From: a virus
Taxonomy: Duplodnaviria; Caudoviricetes
Length of the DNA stretch: 64,000 nt
Virus record (IMG/VR): IMGVR_UViG_3300044656_000252
Span: 12,232 to 76,231 of that record
Reading direction: 5' to 3' (one strand)
Shown: positions 37,883 to 46,348 of the stretch, piece by piece
Position numbering within the stretch: the stretch's first letter is position 1
How the letters are laid out: each line of letters opens with the position of its first letter
Program-made: the position numbers and the translations under genes
Notes under the pieces: model-generated
What the model was told of the DNA's origin: nothing
The model's database searches: none
What the model saw: only the letters and a program-made list of their open reading frames with translations

Positions 37883-38155
37883 TCAGCGCTTGATCGCGGC
37901 CAGCGCCTGCCCTGGCGTCCAGCAGGGGTGTTCGGTGCGGCGGAACTCGACGGGCTTCAGCGGCGGCCTGACCGGCTGCGCTCGGCTGGCGGTGAGGGCG
38001 TCGGCGGCGTGCTGGTGCACGTCGCGTCCGTGAATGGTCTCGGGCAGGTGCTGGGCGTCCCAGCGGGCGCAGGCGAGCTCGTGGTCGCGCTCCTCGTCGG
38101 GTACATCGAGCTCGGCGGCGAGGCGGTGGTATTCGGCGGCGTCCATGCAGGTCAT
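37883..38155 (-). CDS. Hypothetical protein divergent from GntR gene
   Basis: ORF track. Confidence 0.5.
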   Translation of the reverse strand: MTCMDAAEYHRLAAELDVPDEERDHELACARWDAQHLPETIHGRDVHQHAADALTASRAQPVRPPLKPVEFRRTEHPCWTPGQALAAIKR

Positions 38156-38186
38156 CCTGCGCCGACGGGTGGCTGCGCATCAAGGT

Positions 38187-38224
38187 TTGAGTTACGCAAC
38201 TATCCTAGCTAACCTAGTGGAATG
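38187..38224 (+). promoter_or_regulatory. Promoter for a probably leaderless GntR transcript
   Basis: TTGAGT-17bp-TAACCT-6nt-ATG; two CTAG tetramers overlap the -10. Confidence 0.55.
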
Positions 38225-38647
38225 AGGACAATCGACCCTAACGACCCCACCCCGGCGAGCCGGCAAATCGCCGACGCCATCCGCGACGCGATCCGCACCG
38301 GCGAGATCGCCGAGGGCGAGCGCATCCCCGGCCAGGCGGCGCTCATGGCCCACTTCGGCGTCGCCAAGGGCACCGTCGACACCGCCCTCACCGCCCTCAA
38401 GACGGAGGGCCTGCTGATCGGTCGGCAAGGCGCGGGCGTGTATGTCCGGACGAGCACGAAGGACGGCACCGCCGAGGTTGAGCGATCCGCCACGGTGCTC
38501 TACGACGCCAGCCTCGGTGCCCTGACGGTGCGGCTCGATATGACTGACGACGAGCCGCCCGGCGACTTCTGGATCCGCTCGGTCAGAGTGAAGCTCGTAT
38601 ATCCGGAGGGCTCGTCCAACTGGGGCGAGCGGTACCTCTCTCGCTAG
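38222..38647 (+). CDS. GntR-family wHTH regulator (KorSA/TraR-like)
   Basis: RQIADAIRDAIRTGE..EGERIPG...LMAHFGVAKGTV..AL..LKTEGLL..RQGAGVYVR. Confidence 0.9.
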   Translation: MRTIDPNDPTPASRQIADAIRDAIRTGEIAEGERIPGQAALMAHFGVAKGTVDTALTALKTEGLLIGRQGAGVYVRTSTKDGTAEVERSATVLYDASLGALTVRLDMTDDEPPGDFWIRSVRVKLVYPEGSSNWGERYLSR

Positions 38648-38663
38648 CGCGCGTCGAATACAG

Positions 38664-38698
38664 AGCGGCCCCGCTCCGGGGGAGAGAGCGGGGCCGCT
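38664..38698. terminator. Hairpin at the convergence of the two arms
   Basis: AGCGGCCCCGCTC...GAGCGGGGCCGCT 13-bp stem. Confidence 0.75.
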
Positions 38699-38710
38699 GG
38701 CGGGGTCCTG

Positions 38711-38836
38711 TTATCGGGGTGTCGCGGTCCCGCCGATCACCCGGCCGTCGGCCGAGCGGGTGGTGGTGACGTCGTAGACCACGCCGCCGCTCGTCTGCGT
38801 GCTGGCGGTGGTGTGCGTGCCGTCGTTCTCGGCCAT
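38711..38836 (-). CDS. 41-aa small ORF
   Basis: MAENDGTHTT...GGTATPR; GAGGAG RBS; below the ORF-track cutoff. Confidence 0.5.
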   Translation of the reverse strand: MAENDGTHTTASTQTSGGVVYDVTTTRSADGRVIGGTATPR

Positions 38837-38838
38837 GG

Positions 38839-39354
38839 TCAGCACTCCTCAGTGGATGGTTGGTGCTCGGTGGCGTGGATGAGGTTGATGGCGGCGGAAA
38901 CGGTCTGCGGGAGCGTGGTGCAGACCGGGACGGCGTGGAGCTGAGCCACCCGTATGAGGTAGCGGTTGCGCTCCGGGTTCGGACAGTCCGGCGGGCAGCC
39001 CAGCACGACCTGCCGGCGGGCGGCGACGTCGTAGCCGAACTCGACGTTGGTCGTGAAGCCGGGCATCAGGCGCACGTCCCGCGGGATCCAGAACAGGACC
39101 ACGGCCGTCCGGTAACGGGCCGCCATCTCCCAGTCCGTCTGGTCCTCGTAGCGGGCCGCCCGCACGCCACCGCGGCTCTCCGGCGACAGCACCGCCAGCG
39201 GCTCGTCCCCGAGCCACGTGGCGGCGAGGGCTGCGGCTGCGTCCGGCCGCCACGACGGCACACCCGAGCCGCGTTCCGGGCTGGGGCCAGCGAGAAACAC
39301 ACTGGGCCCGTCAGGGATGGGCTCGCGGGCCATGACGAGTTGGATCTCACCCAC
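38839..39354 (-). CDS. Nucleoside 2-deoxyribosyltransferase-like protein (PF15891-type)
   Basis: SVFLAGP, SWR, QTDWE, VLFWIPR..MPGFTTNVEFG. Confidence 0.82.
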   Translation of the reverse strand: MGEIQLVMAREPIPDGPSVFLAGPSPERGSGVPSWRPDAAAALAATWLGDEPLAVLSPESRGGVRAARYEDQTDWEMAARYRTAVVLFWIPRDVRLMPGFTTNVEFGYDVAARRQVVLGCPPDCPNPERNRYLIRVAQLHAVPVCTTLPQTVSAAINLIHATEHQPSTEEC

Positions 39355-39721
39355 GGCGGGTCTCCTCCTTGGTCTGCTGGGGTGTCCACGGCAGCGGCAG
39401 CCCGTCGCCGTCGGTGCGGGTGATGACGTGCACGTGGAGATGGAACACACTCTGGGTGGCGGCCACGCCCTTGCTGGTGATGATGTTGGCGGCTTGCCGC
39501 TCGGAGACGAGTTCGGCGGCCCGGGCCATGACGGCAGCCGTCACCGCGGGGTCCTCGCCAGCGTCGGCGACGTGCACACGCGGGATGACGAGGACGTGAC
39601 TGGGGTTGACGCCGCCGCCGCGGGGCCGGATGGCGACAGCGTCGACCCACTGACGATGGAAGGTGGCGGGCGCACGGCCGGCGACGATCTCGCAGAACGC
39701 GCACACGGTGCTGGCGGTCAT
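39347..39721 (-). CDS. HIT-family nucleotide hydrolase
   Basis: CAFC, HVLVIPRVH, ATQSVFHLHVHV. Confidence 0.92.
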   Translation of the reverse strand: MTASTVCAFCEIVAGRAPATFHRQWVDAVAIRPRGGGVNPSHVLVIPRVHVADAGEDPAVTAAVMARAAELVSERQAANIITSKGVAATQSVFHLHVHVITRTDGDGLPLPWTPQQTKEETRRG

Positions 39722-39790
39722 GGGTTGCACCTCAGTGTCGGGTGTGGGCTGGTTGCTGGGGAAGGTGTTTCCCGTTTCCTAACTGGACAG

Positions 39791-40249
39791 TCAGCCGAGC
39801 GGGGCGACCATGAGCAGCCCGGCGCCGAACAGGAACAGGATGTGCGCCATCTGGTCGAGGAACGGTGCGCCGCCGTCGTCGTAGTAAGCGAGCTTGCCGG
39901 GGATGACCTTGTCGAGGGCGGCCATGGCGGCGCGGAGGGTGTACCGGCGGTCGATGACGAGGTGGCTTCCGGACGACAGCAGGTGCGCGGCGATGAAGGC
40001 GGTCAGGGTGATCGGCAGGTGCAGTGCGAGCGCGACGCCACTGGTGGTGGTGACGGTGGCGATGGTGTAGCTGGCGACGTGGCCTACGGCGGCGCGCCAG
40101 CCGGTGAGCGTGTCGCGGTGGTCCGGGTGGTCGTGTCCGGGGTGGTCGCCTTTGTGGTCGGCCTGCCACTGGGACTGGAGCAGGTAGTCGCCGAGGTGGT
40201 GGCCGACGAGCAGGGCTACGAACAGGGCGGCAAACGCGGCGGCGGTCAC
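39791..40249 (-). CDS. DUF3307-like membrane protein
   Basis: GHHLGDYLLQ, SHLVIDRR, LDQMAH. Confidence 0.78.
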   Translation of the reverse strand: MTAAAFAALFVALLVGHHLGDYLLQSQWQADHKGDHPGHDHPDHRDTLTGWRAAVGHVASYTIATVTTTSGVALALHLPITLTAFIAAHLLSSGSHLVIDRRYTLRAAMAALDKVIPGKLAYYDDGGAPFLDQMAHILFLFGAGLLMVAPLG

Positions 40250-40617
40250 CGGTCGCTCCTGTCGGAGTCGTCGAACACAATATCCTCGATTTGCCGCAGT
40301 ACCATCGTGGCGGCCAGGTCGGGGTTGGCCACGATCCACGCGGCGAGCTTCTGGGCGCGGACCAGCTTCGTCTTGTGGAACTGCGTGCCGCGCCCGGCCG
40401 GACCGAGGAACCGGCCCTCGCTGCCCTGCGAGGTGCGCTCGTCGCCTTCGTGGAGGTGCCACTCGTTGGTGCCGGACCAGCCGGCCTTGCCGAGCCACGC
40501 GGAGTGAGCGGCAAGGGTCCAGGGCTTGCCGTTGTGTTCGGTGACGTAGACGCCTTCGCCGATCTGTCGCCATTCGAGGGCGGCGGGTGGGTTCGCGGGC
40601 GTGTCGTTGGCGGTCAC
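40246..40617 (-). CDS. Hypothetical protein
   Basis: 4-bp overlap chain in the early operon. Confidence 0.55.
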   Translation of the reverse strand: MTANDTPANPPAALEWRQIGEGVYVTEHNGKPWTLAAHSAWLGKAGWSGTNEWHLHEGDERTSQGSEGRFLGPAGRGTQFHKTKLVRAQKLAAWIVANPDLAATMVLRQIEDIVFDDSDRSDR

Positions 40618-41000
40618 GGGTTCCTCCGGAGCTGGCTGCCGTCGGGCAGCGTGGGCGCGGTGCGGGTGAAGGGCGGGACGTTCGAGCAGGGCGCGTGCTC
40701 GGCGAAGAACCCGGCGGGGTTGCCGCACGCCCAGCACGGCCGAACGGTCGTCGGGTCGTGCTGGCGGGGTGGCCAGAGGCATGGCCACTCGGCGCCGGAC
40801 CAGCCGCCGTCGATCTGGCGCTCGTCGATGCGCCACAGTTCGACGCCGTCGTGCAGGTGCTCGGCGACCTCGTCATCGGTGAGCGGGTCGAGGCGCGGCG
40901 CGTCTGGCGGTACGACCGGCGGTAGGTCGGGGACGGGTGGTCTCGGTCGGGTCATGACGCCCAGCAACGCGAGCAGCGCCCGGCCGACGAACGCGATCAC
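40614..41000 (-). CDS. Hypothetical protein with N-terminal hydrophobic segment and CxxC
   Basis: ORF track; overlap chain. Confidence 0.5.
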   Translation of the reverse strand: MIAFVGRALLALLGVMTRPRPPVPDLPPVVPPDAPRLDPLTDDEVAEHLHDGVELWRIDERQIDGGWSGAEWPCLWPPRQHDPTTVRPCWACGNPAGFFAEHAPCSNVPPFTRTAPTLPDGSQLRRNP

Positions 41001-41431
41001 GACACGACCTCCACGGTCAGCCAGAGCCGGCGCTTACCCGGTCCCAGGTGGATGACCGGGCCGAGCTTGGTCATGTACTTGGCGGTGTCGTCGGGCACGA
41101 GTTCGAGGCCGACCCAGTCGCGGCGTGGCCCTCGGGCGAGGGCGTCGCAGGCGGCTTTCATGGTGGGCCACAGGTTGTCGTCGTCGCGCCGGCGGTTGTC
41201 GCCCGGCGCGTAGTGCAGCTGCACGACCAGGTGCTGCGCCTTGGGGATCTTGGCGGCACGCGCGGCGATCATGACACCCTCGCGGACGAGGCGCTTCCGC
41301 TTGGCCTCGGCCATGTGGTGCAGACGCTGGTTCGCGGTGAGCGGCGGGACGAGCTTGAGCCCGCCGCGCTCCTGGATCATGGGGACGTCGACCTCGTAGA
41401 CAGGGTTCTCCGTCTTCGGCGCGGCGGTCAC
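40997..41431 (-). CDS. rusA: RusA-like Holliday junction resolvase
   Basis: LTANQR, RRRDDDNL..TMKAACDAL, VPDD. Confidence 0.8.
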   Translation of the reverse strand: MTAAPKTENPVYEVDVPMIQERGGLKLVPPLTANQRLHHMAEAKRKRLVREGVMIAARAAKIPKAQHLVVQLHYAPGDNRRRDDDNLWPTMKAACDALARGPRRDWVGLELVPDDTAKYMTKLGPVIHLGPGKRRLWLTVEVVS

Positions 41432-41766
41432 GGGCTCACGCTCCAGAGTGCGCGGGCCTGCTCGACGGTGAGGCCGTTGACCGTGACGTGCGGGGCCTGC
41501 TCCTTGGCGAGGCGCAGCGCGGTGTCCAGGTCGAAACGGTGCTCGGCGAGCCACTCGTCGCGGCGCTCGCTGGGGATCGACTCCCAGCTCCATTCGCCGT
41601 CCGAACCGAGGCACCGGGTGCGGTTGTAGACGCCCCACTTGCCGCCGCCGCGCTCGTGGACCTCGATGTCCCACAGGGACCTGTCCGGGTGGCTCCAGTC
41701 GGGTGCGGCGGTCACGACGTAGCTGATCGCACGCACCTCGGGTTCGGGCGTCATCGTCGTGCCCAT
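41428..41766 (-). CDS. Hypothetical protein
   Basis: WSWESIPSER.DEWLAEHRFDLDTAL. Confidence 0.6.
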   Translation of the reverse strand: MGTTMTPEPEVRAISYVVTAAPDWSHPDRSLWDIEVHERGGGKWGVYNRTRCLGSDGEWSWESIPSERRDEWLAEHRFDLDTALRLAKEQAPHVTVNGLTVEQARALWSVSP

Positions 41767-41966
41767 CCCTTCTCGATGGTCAACTCCACAGTGGACATCT
41801 CCCTTAGCTCGCCATACGCGGCGACAACGGCTTCCCGGGTCTGGGGCGCGGGGATCGGGCTCTTGTCACGGCGCCGGAGCCGGCGGCGCAGCTGGCCGTC
41901 GATGGTCTCGTCGAACTCGGTGCCGCAGTCGGCGACGAACCGGCGCATCCGTCGCGGCTCAGACAT
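41751..41966 (-). CDS. Hypothetical protein
   Basis: ORF track. Confidence 0.45.
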   Translation of the reverse strand: MSEPRRMRRFVADCGTEFDETIDGQLRRRLRRRDKSPIPAPQTREAVVAAYGELREMSTVELTIEKGWARR

Positions 41967-42291
41967 CGCCGGCCTCCTGCATGAGGAGGTGCCGGTGCTC
42001 TAGCTCCAGCGCGAGGCCCTCGAACCGCTCCCGGCACTCCGGCGGCAGCCCAGCGCGGGGATCGGCGGCGAGGACCCGGAGCACGGCGGCCGACACCTTG
42101 GCGGCGACGATCTCCGACGGCCCGAACTCGGGCACCCAGTACTCCTCGGGCACAGCCGGATCGACGGCGTGGTCCTCGCGGGCGTCGAACAGCTTCCAGG
42201 CGACGACGGTCTCCGGGTCCTCACGGAAGCTCGGGTCGCTCGGCAGTGCCTGGACGGTGACATGCAGCAGGAGATCGAACAGGTCAGACAT
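41959..42291 (-). CDS. Hypothetical protein
   Basis: ORF track; overlap chain. Confidence 0.55.
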   Translation of the reverse strand: MSDLFDLLLHVTVQALPSDPSFREDPETVVAWKLFDAREDHAVDPAVPEEYWVPEFGPSEIVAAKVSAAVLRVLAADPRAGLPPECRERFEGLALELEHRHLLMQEAGDV

Positions 42292-42502
42292 GGGTCACCT
42301 CGCGCGACCGCTCGTACCAGAACACGAGTTCCTCGTCGCTGGCCTCGACAGTGACGAGGTTGTCCGACGAGGGAAGGCCGAGTTCCTTCAGCTCCTGGTC
42401 GATCGCGGCGTAGATCTTGCCGATCTCCGCCAAGTTCGTAGGCAGCCGCAAGGCGTACTCACACCGGACCGTCGTCACATGCCGAGCGGCGTACTCAGCC
42501 AC
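42284..42502 (-). CDS. Hypothetical protein
   Basis: ORF track; overlap chain. Confidence 0.55.
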   Translation of the reverse strand: MAEYAARHVTTVRCEYALRLPTNLAEIGKIYAAIDQELKELGLPSSDNLVTVEASDEELVFWYERSREVTHV

Positions 42503-43028
42503 GGGCCACCGCCTCGTCCGCGAGTGCGAACACCCGCCTGCACGCGACCGTCCGGCACCGACGCCACTCCGCCAGCTCCGTCACTGGCCGCTGGTGCTCC
42601 ATGTCCAACACCAGCCGGCTGCCGCACGGGGTACGGCCGTTGTCCATCACCGCATGCAACCGCTGCCCGATCGGCGGCCGCCGATCCTGGTACAGCCGAT
42701 CTGCGGTTGTTGCGGGCGCGGCCATCGGGATGCCGTCGACAAGCACCGGCTCGGGCTCAGGGGCCGTCTCCTCGACGATCGTGGCCTTCGCACGGGTGCG
42801 GGCGTTGCGGCGCTTCAGGGCTCGCCGCTCGTCTTCGCTCAGGCCGCCCCACACCCCGAAGTCCTGTCCGGTCTCCAGGGCGTAGGACAGGCAGGGCGAC
42901 ACCGAAGGGCAGCGGCGGCACACGGTCTTCGCTTCGGCGATCTGCAAGAGCGCGGGCCCGCTGGAACCGATCGGGAAGTGCAGCTCGGGGTCCTCGTCGC
43001 GGCAGGCCGCCCTGTGTCGCCAGTCCAT
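42495..43028 (-). CDS. whiB: WhiB-family transcription factor (WhiB1-like) with C-terminal extension
   Basis: MDWRHRAACRDEDPELHFP...CRRCP....CL..AL...DFGVWGGLSEDERRALKRR. Confidence 0.95.
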   Translation of the reverse strand: MDWRHRAACRDEDPELHFPIGSSGPALLQIAEAKTVCRRCPSVSPCLSYALETGQDFGVWGGLSEDERRALKRRNARTRAKATIVEETAPEPEPVLVDGIPMAAPATTADRLYQDRRPPIGQRLHAVMDNGRTPCGSRLVLDMEHQRPVTELAEWRRCRTVACRRVFALADEAVARG

Positions 43029-43324
43029 CACCGCTCTCCGTTCTGCTCGGCGCGCTGCGCCATCAATTGCTTGAGCTCCTCGGTGCAGGCCTGCCGGTGC
43101 TGGGCGTCGGCCTCTTGCGCCACGTCCAGCTTCGCCAGCGTGGGGAACTTGTCCGCGTTGCGGGTCGCCGAGATCAGCACCTGCCTGACCACGTCGGAGT
43201 CCTTCGGGTAGTCGTCGTTGCCGCCGAGCTGTCGCGGGTTGGCTTGGCCCCAGCGGGAGCCGTGGACGTGGGCGAGGACGATGGCCTCGCGGAGCAGTCG
43301 CGCCGTGCGCGGGCCGATCTTCAC
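43028..43324 (-). CDS. Hypothetical protein
   Basis: Overlap chain. Confidence 0.55.
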   Translation of the reverse strand: MKIGPRTARLLREAIVLAHVHGSRWGQANPRQLGGNDDYPKDSDVVRQVLISATRNADKFPTLAKLDVAQEADAQHRQACTEELKQLMAQRAEQNGER

Positions 43325-44253
43325 TCCGCGCCTCCCGTCTCGGCCGGCACGGCGGTGTCCGGGCCGGCGCTCCAGCCGCTGCGCACCAACGACTGCCAGC
43401 CCTCCGGCACCCGCGAGGCGTCCGTCCGCCACGCGGCGAGCTGTTCCCCAACGCGCTGCAGCGTCTCCAGCGCCTGGTGGTCTTCGGGGTCCAGCCAGAA
43501 CATGCCGGCGAGGTGGCGAGTGGCCGAGTAGAAGCTGGCCAGTTCCTCCCGCGCCGTGTCCCGCTCGCTGGTGAGCCGGTCGACCTCGGCGACGAGTTCG
43601 GTGATGAGTTCGGACACGCGGTTGCCGCGCCGATGGTGCACGCCCAACGCCCGCCGGTTCTCCAGATCCACCTCGCGGAAGTGGTCGCTCCAGAAACGGC
43701 TGTTCCGGCCGTTCGCGTCGGCCAGTTTCTGGAGCCGGACGACTTGGTTGATCAGGTCGTCGGTGCTCGTGCTCGCCGGCAGGCCGAGCGCCTCGGCGAC
43801 GGCCAGTTCGAGATCGCCGGCCTTCGCCGCCCTCGTCAAGAGGCGCTCGCGTTCGGTCTCCAGCAACGGCACACGCGCAGCCGCGAGTGCCTGTTCGGTG
43901 GTGGCGTACCTGGTCTCCATGTGCGCGCACACGTCGTCGTCGTGGTTGCAGTCGGTGCCGTCGCAGTCGTCCGGCTGGACGTAGTAGCGGGCTGCTTTCG
44001 CGATGTGGTTGAGCAGGTCCAGGTTGGTGATCGGCTTGTCGTCGAGCCAGGTGACGACGGTGCGGCCGTCGTGCCCGTGGATCGCGACCAGGTCGGCGAC
44101 GTTGTCGTAGACGACGGTCGACCGAAGCTCGGTCTGCCAGCGGATGACGCAGGTGCCGTCGGGCCACTGGACGCCGAGCGCGACGCGGCCGGTGCCGGAT
44201 GCGCCGGTCACGTCCTCGCGGCGATCCAAGGCGAACAGGCGCGGGGCGGTCAT
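43321..44253 (-). CDS. Multidomain protein with actinophage-type N-domain and coiled coil
   Basis: FALDRREDVTGASGTG.VA.GV.WPDG...RW....S...Y...HGH.G.T. Confidence 0.65.
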   Translation of the reverse strand: MTAPRLFALDRREDVTGASGTGRVALGVQWPDGTCVIRWQTELRSTVVYDNVADLVAIHGHDGRTVVTWLDDKPITNLDLLNHIAKAARYYVQPDDCDGTDCNHDDDVCAHMETRYATTEQALAAARVPLLETERERLLTRAAKAGDLELAVAEALGLPASTSTDDLINQVVRLQKLADANGRNSRFWSDHFREVDLENRRALGVHHRRGNRVSELITELVAEVDRLTSERDTAREELASFYSATRHLAGMFWLDPEDHQALETLQRVGEQLAAWRTDASRVPEGWQSLVRSGWSAGPDTAVPAETGGAE

Positions 44254-44528
44254 CCCTTGCACCGCGGGTCGTTCGCCACCACGAACAGCGACGCGTACGG
44301 TCTGTCCCCGTGGTACGCCACGTACACCCGGTTCGGGCCGTCGGACTTGGACGCCAGGTTGGAGAAGCCGTCGGGCATGGTGATGACCTGGGCGGCCGAG
44401 TTGTTGACCTGGCCGGTGCGCGGGGCGTCCTGGAACGGCTCGGTCATCTTGTCGAACGAGCAGCCACTGATCGTCAGCGCCGCTGCGGCGGCCACGGCGG
44501 TGAAGATGGTGATGCGCTTGCGGTTCAT
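44250..44528 (-). CDS. Lipoprotein
   Basis: Basic N-terminus, hydrophobic stretch, ISGC lipobox. Confidence 0.75.
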   Translation of the reverse strand: MNRKRITIFTAVAAAAALTISGCSFDKMTEPFQDAPRTGQVNNSAAQVITMPDGFSNLASKSDGPNRVYVAYHGDRPYASLFVVANDPRCKG

Positions 44529-44842
44529 GCTGCACACTCCTGTGCGGTCTGGATTCGGTGGTAGAGGGCGAGGGCTTGCCGGGCGGCGGCGACGTTGTCA
44601 CGGGGCGGCTCGGCGTGACGGGCGCGCCAGTGGCACCCGTCCCAGATGGCGGGGATGACGGCGGGGTGGCCCCGGTGCGGGCCGAGGACGACGGTGATCT
44701 TGTTGCCGCCTCGGACGTAGGTGAGGACCCACTGGTGGTTGGCGGGAGCGGGCCACACGTTCTGGACGAAGCCGCGGCGCAGGAGGGCGTCCCGGCAGCG
44801 GGCGAGGCTGACGTGACGTCGGCGCTTGGGGAACTCGGCCAT
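44525..44842 (-). CDS. Hypothetical protein
   Basis: Overlap chain. Confidence 0.5.
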   Translation of the reverse strand: MAEFPKRRRHVSLARCRDALLRRGFVQNVWPAPANHQWVLTYVRGGNKITVVLGPHRGHPAVIPAIWDGCHWRARHAEPPRDNVAAARQALALYHRIQTAQECAA

Positions 44843-45273
44843 CACGCCACCACATGCCCGTCGGGTCCGATGTGGAGCAGGGGGATCTCGTGCACCGGGC
44901 AGTTGCCGGCCTCGTCGCGCGGGGTGTCGCAGTCGGGCTTCGGACATGCGTAGAAGTCGCTGTCGGTGCTGATCCGGCCGTTGCCACCGGGCATGCAGGC
45001 CCCGAGGACTGCGTTGATCCGCTCGGGGATGGTGCCGGAGCTGTCGGGTGGCGTCAGGCGCAGGCCGTTGCGGCGGATCATCGACAGGGCCCCGTTGGGC
45101 TCGACGTCGGGTCCGGACAGGAACGCGTACGTCACGGCCCAGCGGTCCCCGTCTGGGATGAAGGCGAGGTCGGCCTGGTCGACACGGAACTTGCTGCCAT
45201 CCTTCGCAGTCAGGATGCGGGCACAGGCGATCTGGACGCTGATGTCGATCCTCGTGATGCCGGCGTCAGCCAT
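44842..45273 (-). CDS. Hypothetical protein with C-terminal Zn-finger-like motif
   Basis: CPKPDC...CPVH. Confidence 0.55.
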   Translation of the reverse strand: MADAGITRIDISVQIACARILTAKDGSKFRVDQADLAFIPDGDRWAVTYAFLSGPDVEPNGALSMIRRNGLRLTPPDSSGTIPERINAVLGACMPGGNGRISTDSDFYACPKPDCDTPRDEAGNCPVHEIPLLHIGPDGHVVA

Positions 45274-46348
45274 CGGTGCTCACCACCTCGACGACCGGGC
45301 CCTCGTTGACCATGGCAGTCCAGGCGCCGGTGGAAGCGACGACGATGTGACAATCCGCCGGACAGTCGTCGTAGTGCCAGCCGCTCGCGCGCCGCGTGCG
45401 GATCTTTCCGTCGGCAAACAGCGCGCGGGTGCCGATCTCGGGCTCGGGGTCGCCGGCGACCCAGCGGCGCGGCTCGGTTGGCGGCTCCGTCAGCGCGTCC
45501 ACGGCGGCGTTGAAGTCCTCACGGAGTGCGCCGAGTGCGGCGCGCAGCCGCTCCCAGTCGGCGCTGACGTCGATGAGCTTGGTCTCCAGCTCGTCCCGCT
45601 CGGCGCGCAGGCGGTCTCGCTCGTCACGCACCTTCACGTACTCCTGCCAGCCCTCCTCGCAGCGCACGATGGCGTCGTGGCGGCTGAGACCGTCCCAGCC
45701 GTCGTAGGGGACGTTCTCGTCGCCGACGAGCCGCTTGAGCCGTGTCACCTCGGCCGTCACCGCGTCGTCGGCTTCGCGCTCACGCTTCAGCGTGCCGATC
45801 AGCCGGTTGATAGCGTCGCGCAGCTCGCGGTAGTGGCTCGCGCCGACCGGCGACTTGCCGAACACCTCACGGATCGGGTTGAGCAGCTCGGCGTACGCCT
45901 CGAACTCGCGCTGCTCGTCGGCGCGGGCGGCCTCGACGAGCCGTGCCACCTCGGCGTCGGCGCGCTTCCAGTCCGCGCAGGCATTATCGCGCCACCGGCG
46001 GAACGTGTCGCGAGCGTTCCGGTTGGCCTCCAACCGCTCCGCAAGGTCGTCGCGCTGCGCCGACAGGTCGTCCAGTTGGCCGCGCAGTCGCTCGATCTCG
46101 GCGTCGCGCGGGTCACGCGCCGCGGGCGTCCCAGGGACCGCGCCGACGATCGGCCGGCTGTCCTGCCGCCACTGCTCGCCGTCCTCGTACTGGCCGCCGC
46201 CCTCGACCGGCCACCAGCGGCGGCCGTAGTCCGGGTTGTGGCCGAGTACGAACACCACGCCGTCGACGGCTCGGACGGTGCCGATCGGGTCGGGGGCGGC
46301 CGCCCCGCCGGCCGTACCCGACGAGACACCGTTCTGCTGCTCGGACAT
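45266..46348 (-). CDS. Coiled-coil protein with N-terminal GAVP domain
   Basis: Heptad-rich; overlap chain. Confidence 0.65.
   Translation of the reverse strand: MSEQQNGVSSGTAGGAAAPDPIGTVRAVDGVVFVLGHNPDYGRRWWPVEGGGQYEDGEQWRQDSRPIVGAVPGTPAARDPRDAEIERLRGQLDDLSAQRDDLAERLEANRNARDTFRRWRDNACADWKRADAEVARLVEAARADEQREFEAYAELLNPIREVFGKSPVGASHYRELRDAINRLIGTLKREREADDAVTAEVTRLKRLVGDENVPYDGWDGLSRHDAIVRCEEGWQEYVKVRDERDRLRAERDELETKLIDVSADWERLRAALGALREDFNAAVDALTEPPTEPRRWVAGDPEPEIGTRALFADGKIRTRRASGWHYDDCPADCHIVVASTGAWTAMVNEGPVVEVVSTDG

Noticed and set aside
28495-39792. AACTGGACAG shared at 28495 and 39781
   Set aside because: Only two copies, one abutting a stop codon; compatible with chance
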